A DNA stretch of 64,000 nt from Octopus bimaculoides (Eukaryota). Position 1 is the first letter of the stretch. Every line of letters begins with the position of its first letter. The notes beneath the pieces are model-generated. The model had not been told where the DNA came from, did no database searches, and saw only the letters and a program-made list of their open reading frames with translations. Below are positions 47,909-60,982 of this stretch, in pieces. A program made the translations under genes and the position numbers. The stretch is from NCBI RefSeq assembly GCF_001194135.2, contig NC_068986.1, positions 44,765,462 through 44,829,461 on the forward strand, written 5' to 3'.

Positions 47909-50900
47909 ACAGACAGAGAACGGGCTTCTTTCAGTTTCCGTTCACCAATATCAATCACAAGGCTTTGAACAGCTCGAGGCTATTACAGAACACATTTGCT
48001 GAAGGTGACACACAGTGGGACTGAACCTAAGAGCACGCGGTTGAGAAGCAAGCTTCTGAACTACACAGCCACGCTTGCGCCATATTTTATGGCTGTTTAA
48101 CACTTAATGTTGCATTGACTAATCATATTCCAACCATCACCAACTTTCCAAACATCACATAATGTTATGACAATGAAGTCACTTGTCAGCATAACGGAGT
48201 GTAGTTTGAAGTAGATTTGACTTAACTCTAGTAAATCAAGTGAGTCTGTAGAGTAATGGTTCTCAACCTATGTGGCCCATGGGGGTTCATATAAGATTTT
48301 GCTGTAAAAATTTATGTACTATAAACTGGTTATATTTATATACTCTTTTACTCTTTTACTTGTTTCAGTCATTTGACTGCGGCCATGTTGGAGCACCACC
48401 TTTAGTAGAGCAAATCGACCCCAGGACTTATTCTTTGGAAGCCTAGTACTTATTCTATCGGTCTCTCTTGCCGAACCGCTAAGTTACGAGGACGTAAACA
48501 CACCAGCATGGGTTGTCAAGTGATGTTGTGGGGACAAACACAGACACAAACATATACACACACATACAAATATATATATATATATATATACATATATACG
48601 ATGGACTTCCTTCAGTTTCCGTCTACCAAATCCACTCACAAGTCTTTGGTCGGCCCGAGGCTATAGTAGAAGACACTTGCCCAAGGTACCACGCAGTGGG
48701 ACTGAACTCGGAACCATGTGGTTGGTAAGCAAGCTACTTACCACACAGCCACTCCTTGGGGAAACAATCTTCTACAACAGCCTCGAGCTGACCAAAGCCT
48801 TATGAATGGATTTGGTAGATGTAAACTGAAAAGGCACGCATCGTATATATATATGTGTGTGTGTGTGCAGCGTGTAGATGTAACAGTAATTGATGTAAAG
48901 TTTTCACGACGGAGATACCAAGCGAAGAACAATCGAAGAATAAAGAACATTATTTACTTGTTTATTTGCCCGCAGTTGTAAATAAGATTGTGACAAAGTA
49001 TTGCTATATTAGTCACTAACAGGTTGTTAATAAAGTTATAGTAATTGTACATAGACGAATGTGACAGCTTCGATTGCTGGTTGGCACTTGTGTGAAGGTG
49101 AAGAAAAACTGACTGTTATTATCCAGTTATCTGGAACTACTGAACTGGTGGCTAAGAAAAGGGGTTTTTTTATGATCTCAGGCGCACTTGCTATCTCCTC
49201 CGAGACAAAAGAATCGCTATTTCTTATCTAGTTTTCAACTCCAGATGACCTATCTATGATACTTAAACTAAAGTAGTGAGATAGAAAAATGACAGCTGAC
49301 CTCAAGAGTTCTGATGTGATATGTGTTAAAAAAAAAAAAGGGAAAATGTTGCAGTGAAATCTAAGTTACGGTTTCTATTCTTAAGTTAGGCAACCAAAAA
49401 CTGAGCTTCTACATATGCATATATTTATGTGTGTGTGTTTTTGTGTTTGATCCCTAACTCCATTTACAACCAGTGTTATTACGTGTGTGTGTGTGTGTGT
49501 CTTTATGTTTGTGATTGTCTTTCACCACCACTTGACCACCAGGGCTGGTTTGTTCACTTTCCCATAACCTAGCAGTTCAACAAAAGAGACCAGCAGATTA
49601 AGTGCCACCTTTCAAGGCAGTGCCCCAGCATGGCTGCAGTTCAATGACTAAAATATGTAAAACATAAAGGATAGATGATATATCTGTATATACCCACTCC
49701 ATATTGCTTTCCAAAACAGGTCAACAATTTTTTGGTCAAATCTGGTGATATTTTGAGTTGGATAGGGCGTGTCATCATTATTGCAACGGGGATTAGGAAT
49801 ATGAGCTATTTATTCAAATCTAACTGCACCTTCCGGTTATTAACACAAATCAATTGCAGAATTCTTCCTTTGTTTATATTCTTACTTGACATGCATTTCT
49901 ATTCACAGACATCCCATAAAAGATGAACTGTACAAGGGAAGTAACTCAGAATATTTACTCTTAATAGTTATTTCCCTTGAACAATGCTTTTATCTATTTA
50001 ATTATTTATCTATCTATCTATCTATGATATTTTCTGTGATACACGATCCCTTTTGGTCGCTTTTTTTCGCATGATCCCTTTTGATTGGATTTTTTTTTTT
50101 CGAAAAGAAAAGCTCTACATTGTATTTTGTCCCTTCTGTGTTCGGCCCTGTGTACAATAATAGATAGATAAAGAAACTTATCTATCTATCTATCTATCCT
50201 TCGACTTCGTCTCACCAAAATGGCTTCTTAACCCAGTGCTATTATTTATAGCCTTAAAAACTACAGTTACAAAACAATTATTTCACGATTTCTTGAAAGT
50301 TTATAAATTCTTATGATTTAGATAACTTTGATTTCGGCCATTGTGTGGAGCAGCGTAGCCCTTTCGAGAACGTAGTTGCTGTTGGCGAAAACGCACCCAG
50401 GTGTCTGTGGTTTATTTGATATTGGAGGAATTTGTGGGAATAATGTTAAATAAAGCAGGGCAAGTTAAGAAAAGAAGTTGTGAAGAACGTTGTTTCTATC
50501 AACCGGTGAACCAATGGATGAAACAATAGCTGCATAGTAGATTTCTTTCTTTCCTTTTTTTTTCCCGCAAATGAAAGGAACACTTTGGAATGGCTTACAA
50601 TTTTCTCAACGGTCCAGACTTTCTCAGCGGACCTACTGTTATGGAGATTATATTTTTTCCGATTCTAGCGTTGTTTTTGCTGTAGAAAAAGAAGTGTTGC
50701 TGGTGGAAGCATCTTGGCTAATAGATCTTACTTTTCTTTTCTTTTTTTTGTTTTTATTTTGTTTAGCTATTTGTTAATTCTCTGTGTTTCCCCCCTTATT
50801 AATGTTATTCTTCTCACTTGGAAGCCTGCATCAATTTTTGTTCGTGCGTCATAATGAGGATGGCTTGATAGTAACTGTGTTCTCAAATAGCTGCACGAGC

Positions 50901-52439
50901 GTTTTCATATCAGAGAAAATGTATATGAAAGACCAGTCGACAAGGAATACATCATATACAATAGCACTGCAGGTCGCTTTAAGTATATCTGCGTTGTCAC
51001 CTGGGTTCGCTGGGTTCAGTGATTTGGGTCAAATGAGGAAGATTTTTGTAATTTTTTCAATTGATTTTATATGGGAATCCCGCAGGAAAGTGTAATGATG
51101 GTTGCTTCTGATAAGACCCTTTAGGGGAGGATCCTGTGGACTCTACCAGCATTGCCCTCCCCGGAAGAGTGGGCAGAGAAAACGGCTGGCTGGCTGGCTG
51201 GATTGTATTTGCATGTGTGTATTAACTGATAAATATACACACACATACACGAATACAAACCCTGCTCTTAGTGAAACGAAAGTTTTGTAGCATTGTATTT
51301 TGGCTGATTTGGAATATCTAAAATTCCTTTGAAAGGAACTTTCTAGTGGATTTGATTTTTTGATTCTGCTGATGCATGATCATCATCTTCGTTTCAATCT
51401 TAAACACGTTCTTGATACTCATAATGAAGATGTTATTATTTAATGAATTAGCTTTTCTTTGTTTCTCACAGTTAAGGTGTAACATTGCTCTGTAGTTAAT
51501 TCTACTAAATCTTCTCTAGGAAGCAAGTGAGTAAAGATATTTTAGCAGTTTTCAAGTTTTCGATGGTTGCTTTTTGTGGCTACGATGTAGTATAGACGAT
51601 TGAATTGAATATATTACGGATGTTTAATGCGTCAGTCCTGATGAAATGAAAAGCAGAAATCACCCGCGGCCGTACTTGAACTTAGAACGTAAAGGAGTGT
51701 TTGTGAACACTCCTAACGTAGCTTTTTAACGCACATTGTGTTAAATATGTCAACACTAGCCGAACTGTTTATTTAATCTAAGCACGCTTAATATTATTAC
51801 GAGCCAATACCACTCGTCCAGTAGTATGAATTCTGAATTTTCTGTAAGACACAGTACAGCATATGTCAGCTAGTCCTGAAAGATTAATAATAAAACACTT
51901 GTACCAAAAACAGGACGCAACGTGAATAACGGACAGAGTCAAGACTATTGAAAAGGTTGCAAGACGCAACGAAAATTTTAGGAAAATAAAAATAATAAGT
52001 GGAAATTTTAACGGTGTGTGTGTTAAATTTTAAGGCACGAAAAGAAAATGACTTTCCCCAGACACAACAGAACTTGTACTAAATAACCTTGTTTTCGATC
52101 ATTTTGAAACTCTTTAATCTAAGGGAGAAAACTCTAATCCCTTTATTTTTTTCCAGTTTTTTCTTTTCTTATATTTCTGCATTGCAGTTGTTTTCAAATG
52201 TTGTACGGAGGCTGTGGTTGAGAAGCTTGCTTCCCGATCGTGTGGACTTCGGCTCAGTCCCAGTGCACGACACCTTAAACAACTGTCTTCTATAGCCTTG
52301 AGCCGACAAAATTCTTTTGAGTAGATTTGGTGAACGGAAACTGAAAGAAACACAAATTCATGCATACATACATACACACATTCACACACACATACATACA
52401 TACATGATATGATGGCCGTCCACTCGTGACCGAGGAAGA

Positions 52440-52830
52440 CCATTGCCGACCTTCAGGAACATTGTGCGCTCTAGGACTAACTTATATTTTGCAATTGCGG
52501 CTCCGTTGGTGACTAATGAGCCCTGTTCCTGACTGCAAACATTGCAGATTAAGCTTTCCTCATTCACTATATGAGCCGTGCGCTTTCGCGCAGCTCGCTT
52601 AAGTTCTTCATGCTGGATACGTGCTCTCTCAAAAGTGTCGATCCTCTCCTTAACCTGCTTCCTCCATCGGCATTGAGTATTAAGGCGATGGCGCACAGGC
52701 ACCGGTTACGTTGGACTGGACACCTTATTAGAATGAAGGATAGCAGGATTCCTAAGCAGATGCTATATGGAGAACTTGTGAATGGAAGGAGAATCCGGCA
52801 GAAACCAAGGCTGAGCTTTAAGGACTGTGA
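52440..52830 (+). mobile_element. RTE-type LINE 3' fragment (locally rearranged)
   Basis: RLRWTGHLIRMKDSRIPKQMLYGEL..GRR..QKPRLSFKD. Confidence 0.8.
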
Positions 52831-53014
52831 TATGCAGGACACTGACATACATACATACATACATACATACAAGAGGTAATACCTTAGTTTCCAATAGCAG
52901 CAGCATCCTTTAGGATGGTCGGGTACACAAGTTCTCATGTGACTCCCACTTTTGGTTCCGAGACCATTCTCAACTACATCCTGGTAACTGCTTCTGCTGG
53001 CAGGCTAAATTTGG

Positions 53015-56000
53015 TGAGGAACCAACGCTTGAATATGATGATTATGTCGTTGAGGAATGTTATGAGGACCTGGAGAAAATCACCAGGGCAGCTCCTAAAA
53101 AAGATGTCCTCATCGTCCTATGAAACTGGAACGCCAAAGTAGGTGCGGATGGATATGACCAATGGGCTGGGACAGTGGGATAATTTGGGATCGGAGAAAC
53201 CAGCGATCGTAGACACCGACTCCTTGAATTTGCTAGCAAGACCTCGCGCTGAACAGCATGGTATGCCCGTAGCGGCAGCACTCATAGCCAAATTGACTTC
53301 GTCCTCGCACTTCAGAAGTTCAAGTCCAGCATCAACAAGTCTAAGACTGGGACCTTTGCCTGGTGCGGATGTCAACAGTGATCATGATTTGGTCAGGATG
53401 ACAACGAGGCTCAAACTGAAAAGGAACCATAAGAAAAGATCCACACGTATTAGCTCCGATGTAGACAAACTGAAAGATCCCAGAGTTGCAGCGGTGTTTG
53501 AGGCGGAAGTAGGTGGCAGGTTTGAAGCCCTTAACCTTTTGGAAGATTATATAAAAGCCAATATCAAGGAAGTACTTCAGGAAATGACTCTAGGAGGAAA
53601 AAGAAACCATGGGTCTGTAAGGTAACGACCGTGTGTACTCAAAAAAGGAGAAATGGTGACGGATGGAAAAACAGAGGACTCCTTTTATTTAAACGCGTCA
53701 CACGGTCGAACACAAAATAATATATATCAAATGATGATATACAAATTATGTTATACGATGATAACATAGATGACCAGTAATGAAAGACCACAACCGTATA
53801 AGATGAATAACAGAGATATTTATTATGGCGTTAAAGATGTATGTCTGTGTGTGAGTGTGAAATGCGACATATAAGAACATAATCAAAGACAGGCCGTCAT
53901 ACAAAGAAAAGTGTGTATGTGAGTGATACATGTATGTGTATGTGAGTTATTACAGCAAATAGAAAGAGTNNNNNNNNNNNNNNNNNNNNNNNNNNNNNNN
54001 NNNNNNNNNNNNNNNNNNNNNNNNNNNNNNNNNNNNNNNNNNNNNNNNNNNNNNNNNNNNNNNNNNNNNNNNNNNNNNNNNNNNNNNNNNNNNNNNNNNN
54101 NNNNNNNNNNNNNNNNNNNNNNNNNNNNNNNNNNNNNNNNNNNNNNNNNNNNNNNNNNNNNNNNNNNNNNNNNNNNNNNNNNNNNNNNNNNNNNNNNNNN
54201 NNNNNNNNNNNNNNNNNNNNNNNNNNNNNNNNNNNNNNNNNNNNNNNNNNNNNNNNNNNNNNNNNNNNNNNNNNNNNNNNNNNNNNNNNNNNNNNNNNNN
54301 NNNNNNNNNNNNNNNNNNNNNNNNNNNNNNNNNNNNNNNNNNNNNNNNNNNNNNNNNNNNNNNNNNNNNNNNNNNNNNNNNNNNNNNNNNNNNNNNNNNN
54401 NNNNNNNNNNNNNNNNNNNNNNNNNNNNNNNNNNNNNNNNNNNNNNNNNNNNNNNNNNNNNNNNNNNNNNNNNNNNNNCAAAGAGAAACTGGATCGAGAC
54501 GAATTTGGCCACCGAGTTAAAGCTATTTATAACAAACTATCGGCTCCCGATGGCTTCAGAATTTTACTCTATCACGTGACCTTATTAGGGGCCGTGATTG
54601 GTCAGTTTGCGTTCTGGCGGGAACGGTTCGAAGAAGTTGCCGCTTCGAATATTAATCAGTCACGTGATGACAAGGTTAATGTTTTCCGCTACGTTCGCGT
54701 TTATTTATATTTAAATGAGAAGAATGGCGATAGCAGTTTTGTATCTAATGGCGATAGGTAGTTTTGTATGTAATGGCGATCGAGGTGTTAGTTTCACTAC
54801 AGGTCGCTGATGACATCTTGGATTTATGTGAGTTACAACGAGGCGTGAAGAAGACCAAGCTAACAGGTCAGGAGGCAAGTAAGCAATACAATAGGGAGGT
54901 TAGGAAGAAAATGAGGGGTCGAACAGCAGACTAGTGCAAAGTCATCGAAGCTAGAATAAAGAAGAGCAATAGCAAGGTTGTTCATGAAACTATGAAAATT
55001 CTAACGAAAACAAAGAAATATACCACTACTATCGCTGAGAGTAAAACAGGCTTGCTCCTCATGGATGAGAATGATATCATCAAAAATGGTCTGAGTATTG
55101 CAAAGACCTTTACAATCACAAGCACAAACATGACAGCAACATCCTACAGAATTCCAACAACAACAACAGAGAATTTGGGGATACGCCAATTCTCCAGGAG
55201 GAAGTCGAAGAGGCAGTGTGCATGCTCAAAGATGGAAAATCCCCAAGAGTAGATAACATCCCAACAGATCTCCTAAAACATGGAGAGCCAAAACTTATCA
55301 AGGCATTGATATTTACCTGTCAGAAGATATGGGAAACGAAAAAGTTGCCAAAGGAGTGAACTCAATCACTGATGAAACCCATTCGTAAGAAAGGCAACTT
55401 AAGACTGCCAGAATTATAGAACAATCAGCCTAAAGTAGTCACCCCAAAACAGACTTGAGGGGAAAGCAGAAGAAATCCTTACAGAAGAACGAGCAGGATT
55501 TAGGCTCAAAAGGAATGTGTAGCAGATATTTAACATTAGACTGCTCACCGAGAAAAATTTACGACACCATTCTGGCCTCTATCACAAATTCGACGACTTC
55601 AAAAAGACCTTTGACCGTGTTTAGCACGATGGGTTGTGGCAGGTGAGGAAGAATTACAACTTCGACAACAAACTCATCGAAGCACTATCAAAACTCAAGC
55701 AATGCAGTTCTCCTGAACAACAGCAACGGAGAATTCTTCAGGACAATTATGGGTGTTCGACAAGGAAGTCTCCTCTCTCTAGTGCATTTCAACATCTTCC
55801 TGGAAAACCTCATGCAGGAGACACTTCAAAACTACCCCTCTGGTTCCACTGAACGACGGCCGATTTCCAAACTGTGCTTTGCCGATGATATTGACTTGTT
55901 AGGAAGCAGTGAAGCAGAACTACAGGAGCTTACCACCAGACTGGAAAAAGTATCATGAGCATACAGGATGTAGATCAGCAAGATCTTGGTAAATAGTAAC

Positions 56001-56320
56001 AGCCAAAACACAGCAACCAACATCATGGTGAATTGAGAAAGACTTGCCGAAGTGGACACTTTCAAACACATAAGATCCACTTTGACTGAGGACGGCAGAT
56101 CTCAAAAGAAACAAGATTCAGTTTAGCCTCTGCTGCAATGACGAAGTTGAATGCCATATGGAAAATCAATTCCACTAAATTTTCCAACAAGACTAATAAT
56201 GAACAAGTCTCTGGTGACTTCGATCCTTCTGTGTGGGTGTTAGAGCTGGTCTCTTACAGCTGACATGGAGCGAAGAATCCAGGCATTTGAACATAAGTGC
56301 TTCAGAATCCGTACACTGAG
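53015..56320 (+). mobile_element. RTE-clade LINE (APE endonuclease + RT), decayed and split by a solo LTR
   Basis: EN: ...YEDLE...KKDVLIV..NWNAKVG, DSDHDLV; RT: GKSPRVDNIP, QGSLLSLVHFNIFLE, CFADDIDLL; frame resumes KPWV|ADDILDLC across the insertion. Confidence 0.9.
53616..54801 (+). mobile_element. Solo-LTR-like insertion with 4-bp TSD (GGTC)
   Basis: TGTA...TACA termini; GGTC immediately before and after; contains an N gap. Confidence 0.85.
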
Positions 56321-56327
56321 CATGACC

Positions 56328-57070
56328 CAGAAGTTGCTCCTCTTCGATTACTACCGCAAACAGCAGTAGCTTTCTTCAACTGAACACACGTCGTTGATTG
56401 GTTAAAATTACCCAAATACGACAGCTTTAACACGAAATAACGACATGTAGTCAGCTGAAGAAAGCTACTACTGTTTGCGATTGTAATCGAAGAGGAACAA
56501 CTTCCAGATCATCTCTACTAAATATCACCGCTCTGTTCTATTCGTATGTCGAGCGAAGGGCGAAGGGAAAGTGTTGCTTCTTGGTCATAGCTGACACAAA
56601 AGAGAGGCTTTCAGCCACAGGAAAGAGGATGCCACCTGTATCCTTTCTTCCTTTCTAGTTAGCACCGTGCATTCCTTACTCTTCCCTTCTCTACTGACAT
56701 TTAGTAGAGATGACCTGGAAGTTGTTTCTCTTCGATTACTTTCGCAAACAGCAGTAGCTTTCTTCAACTGAATACACATCGCTGATTGGTTAAAATTACC
56801 CAAATACGACAACTTTAACACGAAATAACTTCTAAAATACGAAATTTGTCAAAAATGTTGAAAGTAAACCGTATTGAGCGTGAGAAATTACCCCAGTATA
56901 CGAAGTTTCAAACTGTTTAGTTAAAAAAAAAATATTAAAAAATCTGTGAGCGAAACTGAACAGATCGCACGCTAAAGTGTAAAAGGCTAAGAAAAGGTAG
57001 ACCGCACGCTAAAAGTAATTTCACAGTGTAGACAAGATACTGCAGTAGACGGTACGCTAAAGTAGCACCA
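56328..57070. mobile_element. Long-TIR MITE-like cluster
   Basis: 56328-56385 and 56450-56525 are inverted copies; a third direct copy starts at 56695. Confidence 0.65.
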
Positions 57071-57737
57071 AAAATTGTTATTTTCTTATTTGTTAACACT
57101 GGCAGGATATTAATGCAGAGAAACAATACCAGATGCTGCATATAAGGTATTCAATCTGTCTCTGGTTTTTCTGCCAACTTATGAACTCCTGGCATTTCTA
57201 GAGGCGGGTGACCATACCTTTTACCTTTTACTTGTTTCAATCATTAGACTGTGGCTATGCTGCTCATACAGAAATTTCTAATTTGTGTAGACGATGTCAT
57301 CATTTAATATTCGTTTTCCATGCTGGCATTGGTTGGTCGATTTGACAGGAGCTGGCAAACGAGGAATACGCCAAGCGCTACTGTCTATTTTGGCATGGTT
57401 TCTACGACTGGATGCTGTTCCTAACGCCAATCATTCCATAGTGTACTGGGTGCTTTTTGAGCGGCACTAGCACTGGTAAAATATCACCAAGTAACTTGCA
57501 AAGCAAAGATCACTTAACAGAGAGGATAAGTGGTATTGAGTGAAGGACTTTGTGCCAGATGACGAAGAGTTAAATTATGATAGAGGGACAGAAACAGGGA
57601 TCTTACTGTAGAGGAGCTACATCGTTGCCTCAGTCAGGAGAGAGAGTGGGGGGAGACGCTAGCGATATATCCGGGCGTACTCTCAAGGTATATGATGTGC
57701 TATTACAGTAGATATTGCCTGGATCACTGGTATCTAA

Positions 57738-58032
57738 TCTATATTTATATATATAAAACCCTTTGTATCTCTGTCTGTTCCCAATGCATTCTCAAACGGC
57801 TCAACCAAACCAAATCAAATTTTACATGGTAATACTATGAGACCACGTGAGTGTCAACATGTAATTTTTTTTGGATTAAAACAATGTTCCGTACTACGTC
57901 TCAAAACTCGAATAAAAAATGTGAAATCTTCCACGGAGTAACAGTTATAGATAGTTTCACTTTTAATAATTGCACTGTGTATAAATATATATAAACATAT
58001 GCATATATATGTATGTAAGTATGTATATATGG

Positions 58033-58117
<85 letters not shown>

Positions 58118-58497
58118 TGTCTGTATATGTATATATATCTATGTGTGTGTGTGTGTGTACATATATACTATAGCCTGAGGCCGACTAAAGCCTTGTGAAT
58201 GGATTTCGTACACGAAAACTGAAAGAAGACTGTCATATATGTGTATGCCTCTGTTTGTACCTCCACTATCGCTTCACAACCAATGTTGCTGCGTTTACGT
58301 CCACATAACTTAGCGGTTCGGGAAAGATACCAATAGAATAAGTACTAGGCTTACAGAGAGTAAATCTTAGGGTCGATTTCTTCGACTAAATGCGGTGCTC
58401 CAGCATGGCCGCAGTTACATGACTGAAACAAGTAAAATAAAAAAATTAAAAAAACTATGCTATTTTAATCCCGAGCAACGCCAGCTATCTCTGCTAG
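57738..58497 (+). mobile_element. Non-autonomous Helitron (with internal (TA)n and SINE)
   Basis: A|TC start, 3' hairpin CCCGAGCAACGCC(A)G and CTAG end; first ~200 bp shared with 58498-58740. Confidence 0.75.
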
Positions 58498-60082
58498 TCT
58501 ATATATAAAAACATTCTTTGTTTGTAACATATGCATTCTCAAACGGCTCGACCAAATCAAATCAAATTTTACATTGTAATAGCATCAGACCCCTTAAGTG
58601 TCAACATGTATTTCTTTTTTTTTCTTTTCATTTGGATCAAAACAATATAACATTGGCACTGATTCGGTATTACGTGTCAAAAGTGAAAGAATAACATCTA
58701 TATTGTAATGTGATGTAGTTGTTTCACTTTTAATTCTGATGTGATAAGGCTATAATATTGCTTAATTCTAATGTGTTAACGCTAAAATCATCTTCTTTCT
58801 ATTATATTTTAAATGAATGAATAATTTACATCCTAATGTGAACAACATTACGCATCGGCAATTTTCCGTCCAAACGGCCACCACAGTGGAATGATGTGAC
58901 TGAGAGAAGAGAAATGACACTTTCTCAAGATCAGCAAACGCATGCTGCAACACGTCAAATGGAGTCTCAAGACAGAAGTGAGGTGAGACTTTTTTCAAGA
59001 CAGAAGCGAGATGAGACTTTCTCAAGATCAGCAATGGTATGCTGCAACACATCAGATGGAGTCTTAATACAGAAGGGAGAAGAGATTTTCCCAAGATGAG
59101 AAAATACATGCCGCAGCACGTCAAATGGAGTTTCAAGACAAAAGCGACATGAGACTTTCTCAAGATCAGCAAAGGTATGTTGCAGCAAGTCAGACGGAGT
59201 CTCAAGAGATAAGGGAGATGAGACTTTTTCTCAAGATCAGCAAATGCATGCTACAGCAGTTAATTCCGGATCATTAAAACAACGTTTTAATGATTAGACA
59301 GAGGTCCAATTAAATAGGTCTCAGAAACAGACAACGTACAAATTCGTTCTTCTCAACTCCTGGAGCTGCTTTCAGATATGATCCATCCCATTCTTATAAA
59401 AATGATAATTTTGTCCAAATTGGTGTGCTAAACTCAAATTGTCGTTTCTGCAAAGCTTTAAAATTTCCAAATGAAACTAATGGCATGTGCTGCTCAGGCG
59501 ACAAGATAAGATTACCAGCACTATCAGCTTCTCAACCAATTATGGATCTTCTGGAAGGCACTTCCATCTAGTTAAAGGATTTTGTGAACAATATCATACA
59601 ATACAACTCTGCATTTTAAATGACATCGTTTGATGCATCTAAGATAGTTGAACATGGATTTACGCCGACGTTCAAGTTTATCATCTCATAGGTTCCCTGT
59701 TACCCACAAGTGAACAACAACAGTTCCTCCAAATTTTCTTTGAGTGATGTAGAACAAACCCGAAGTAGGTGTCAAAACTTCAGACGATGGGTTGTGTTAG
59801 ACGAAATGCCGACTGCCGCAAAGGAGAGTATATACACTAACAGCTTTCGGTTCTTTCAAAAATCAATTAACCCCCACCCCCAATTTTCCACGACAGATTA
59901 GGGCTTGAAATACTCCAAACGGACGCATGTCGCTTAGTTGAATTAGCTCATCATTTACTCCACAAATGTTTGGTCATCAACGCTGTACTTTTCCGTATCA
60001 CCTGTAATATATATATACACATATATATATATACACAAACTATGCCATTTTACTCTCGAGCAACGCCGGGTATCTCTGCTAG
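58498..60082 (+). mobile_element. Internally deleted Helitron retaining Rep N-terminal coding remnants
   Basis: TCTATATATAAAA start; CTCGAGCAACGCCGGG hairpin and CTAG|T end; 59380-59720 IG..N..CRFCKALKF.NET.GMCCSG.K..LP...YNSAF*MTSF...TPTFK..VYHLIGSLLP. Confidence 0.88.
58880..59250 (+). repeat. Degenerate tandem repeat within the Helitron (SQDQQ...RL-type coding repeats)
   Basis: repeated TCTCAAGATCAGCA...TGCTGCAACACGTCAAATGGAG...GAGACTTT units. Confidence 0.75.
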
Positions 60083-60934
60083 TGTACTCATATAGAAGCT
60101 TAGTAATCCTATTACTGCATGAAACTTCATCCTAAGAGCATGGAATGTATTTTATTTATTTTTGATGTTCACACAGACTGAATATAGAAGCGCTTGACAT
60201 AACAGGTACAAGCATAAGTAGAACCTATGCAAAATTTAGGAAAACTCCATAAAACCCCATAACACATTTTTTTTTAATAAGAGTTTGCTTCAGAATTTAT
60301 ATTGGTGTACTGTGTTGAACACATTATCTCCACGTTGTAGTGTAGTAGAGTCCATCACACTACAAGCAATGAATAGATGCAAAATAAGAAAATGTTCAAT
60401 TGTGATCGGGTGTTGTTAACTGTTTGCAGCAAAGTTGGGAGAGCCTTCAGAGTCAAAAGACTTTAGCCAAGGTCACAATGCAGTACTAATGACTGGAGTG
60501 TTAGCCAGATATCTGACATTCTAACAACTAGTTTATATCCAAAGAGTAGGAAATTTAGCAAGAAAACAGTTGGAGATTCGAGTTCCCATACAACAGTTAA
60601 GATATACGAAATACAAACAAATGGTGAAAAGATGGATATACGTTTTACAACAAAGATCAATTGGAATTGAACAACATAAATGGAGAACATCAGTTGCTGG
60701 ATTTTCCCAATGGGGTATTGCTCCAAAGAAGAGATTTACGAACTCACTACTCGTCTCTATTGCTACTGCTCAGTGTAGAGTAGGTTCATCAGACAATATC
60801 AGGGCATATCATGGTAAAACATGTCTCAGGTGCAGCCACTTGAAGAGAAAATAAACGTTGCAAACTCATACAAAATGAGTTTTTACAGAATATAATTTAG
60901 TCACCAATCCATTGCTCGCAGTTTAAAGAAACGA

Positions 60935-60982
60935 GTTTCTGGCAGCAGAATGGAGCATATGCCCCATTCTGCTGCCTGAAAC
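60935..60982. other. 48-bp near-perfect palindrome
   Basis: GTTTCTGGCAGCAGAATGGAGCATATGCCCCATTCTGCTGCCTGAAAC; only two non-complementary pairs. Confidence 0.9.

Noticed and set aside
1259-49670. tRNA-like heads as real tRNA genes; any CRISPR or prokaryotic system
   Set aside because: Heads are SINE-derived, lacking a complete cloverleaf; no regularly spaced repeat-spacer arrays or operon-like gene density
50571-51290. Three short + strand ORFs in unique CpG-rich DNA
   Set aside because: No homology I recognise and no coherent splice chain; more likely UTR or regulatory sequence
51630-51690. CTGATGA...GAAA motif
   Set aside because: No pairing for stems I-III
60480-60800. Possible MULE transposase remnant
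   Set aside because: Only vague motif resemblance across frameshifts; needs a translated search
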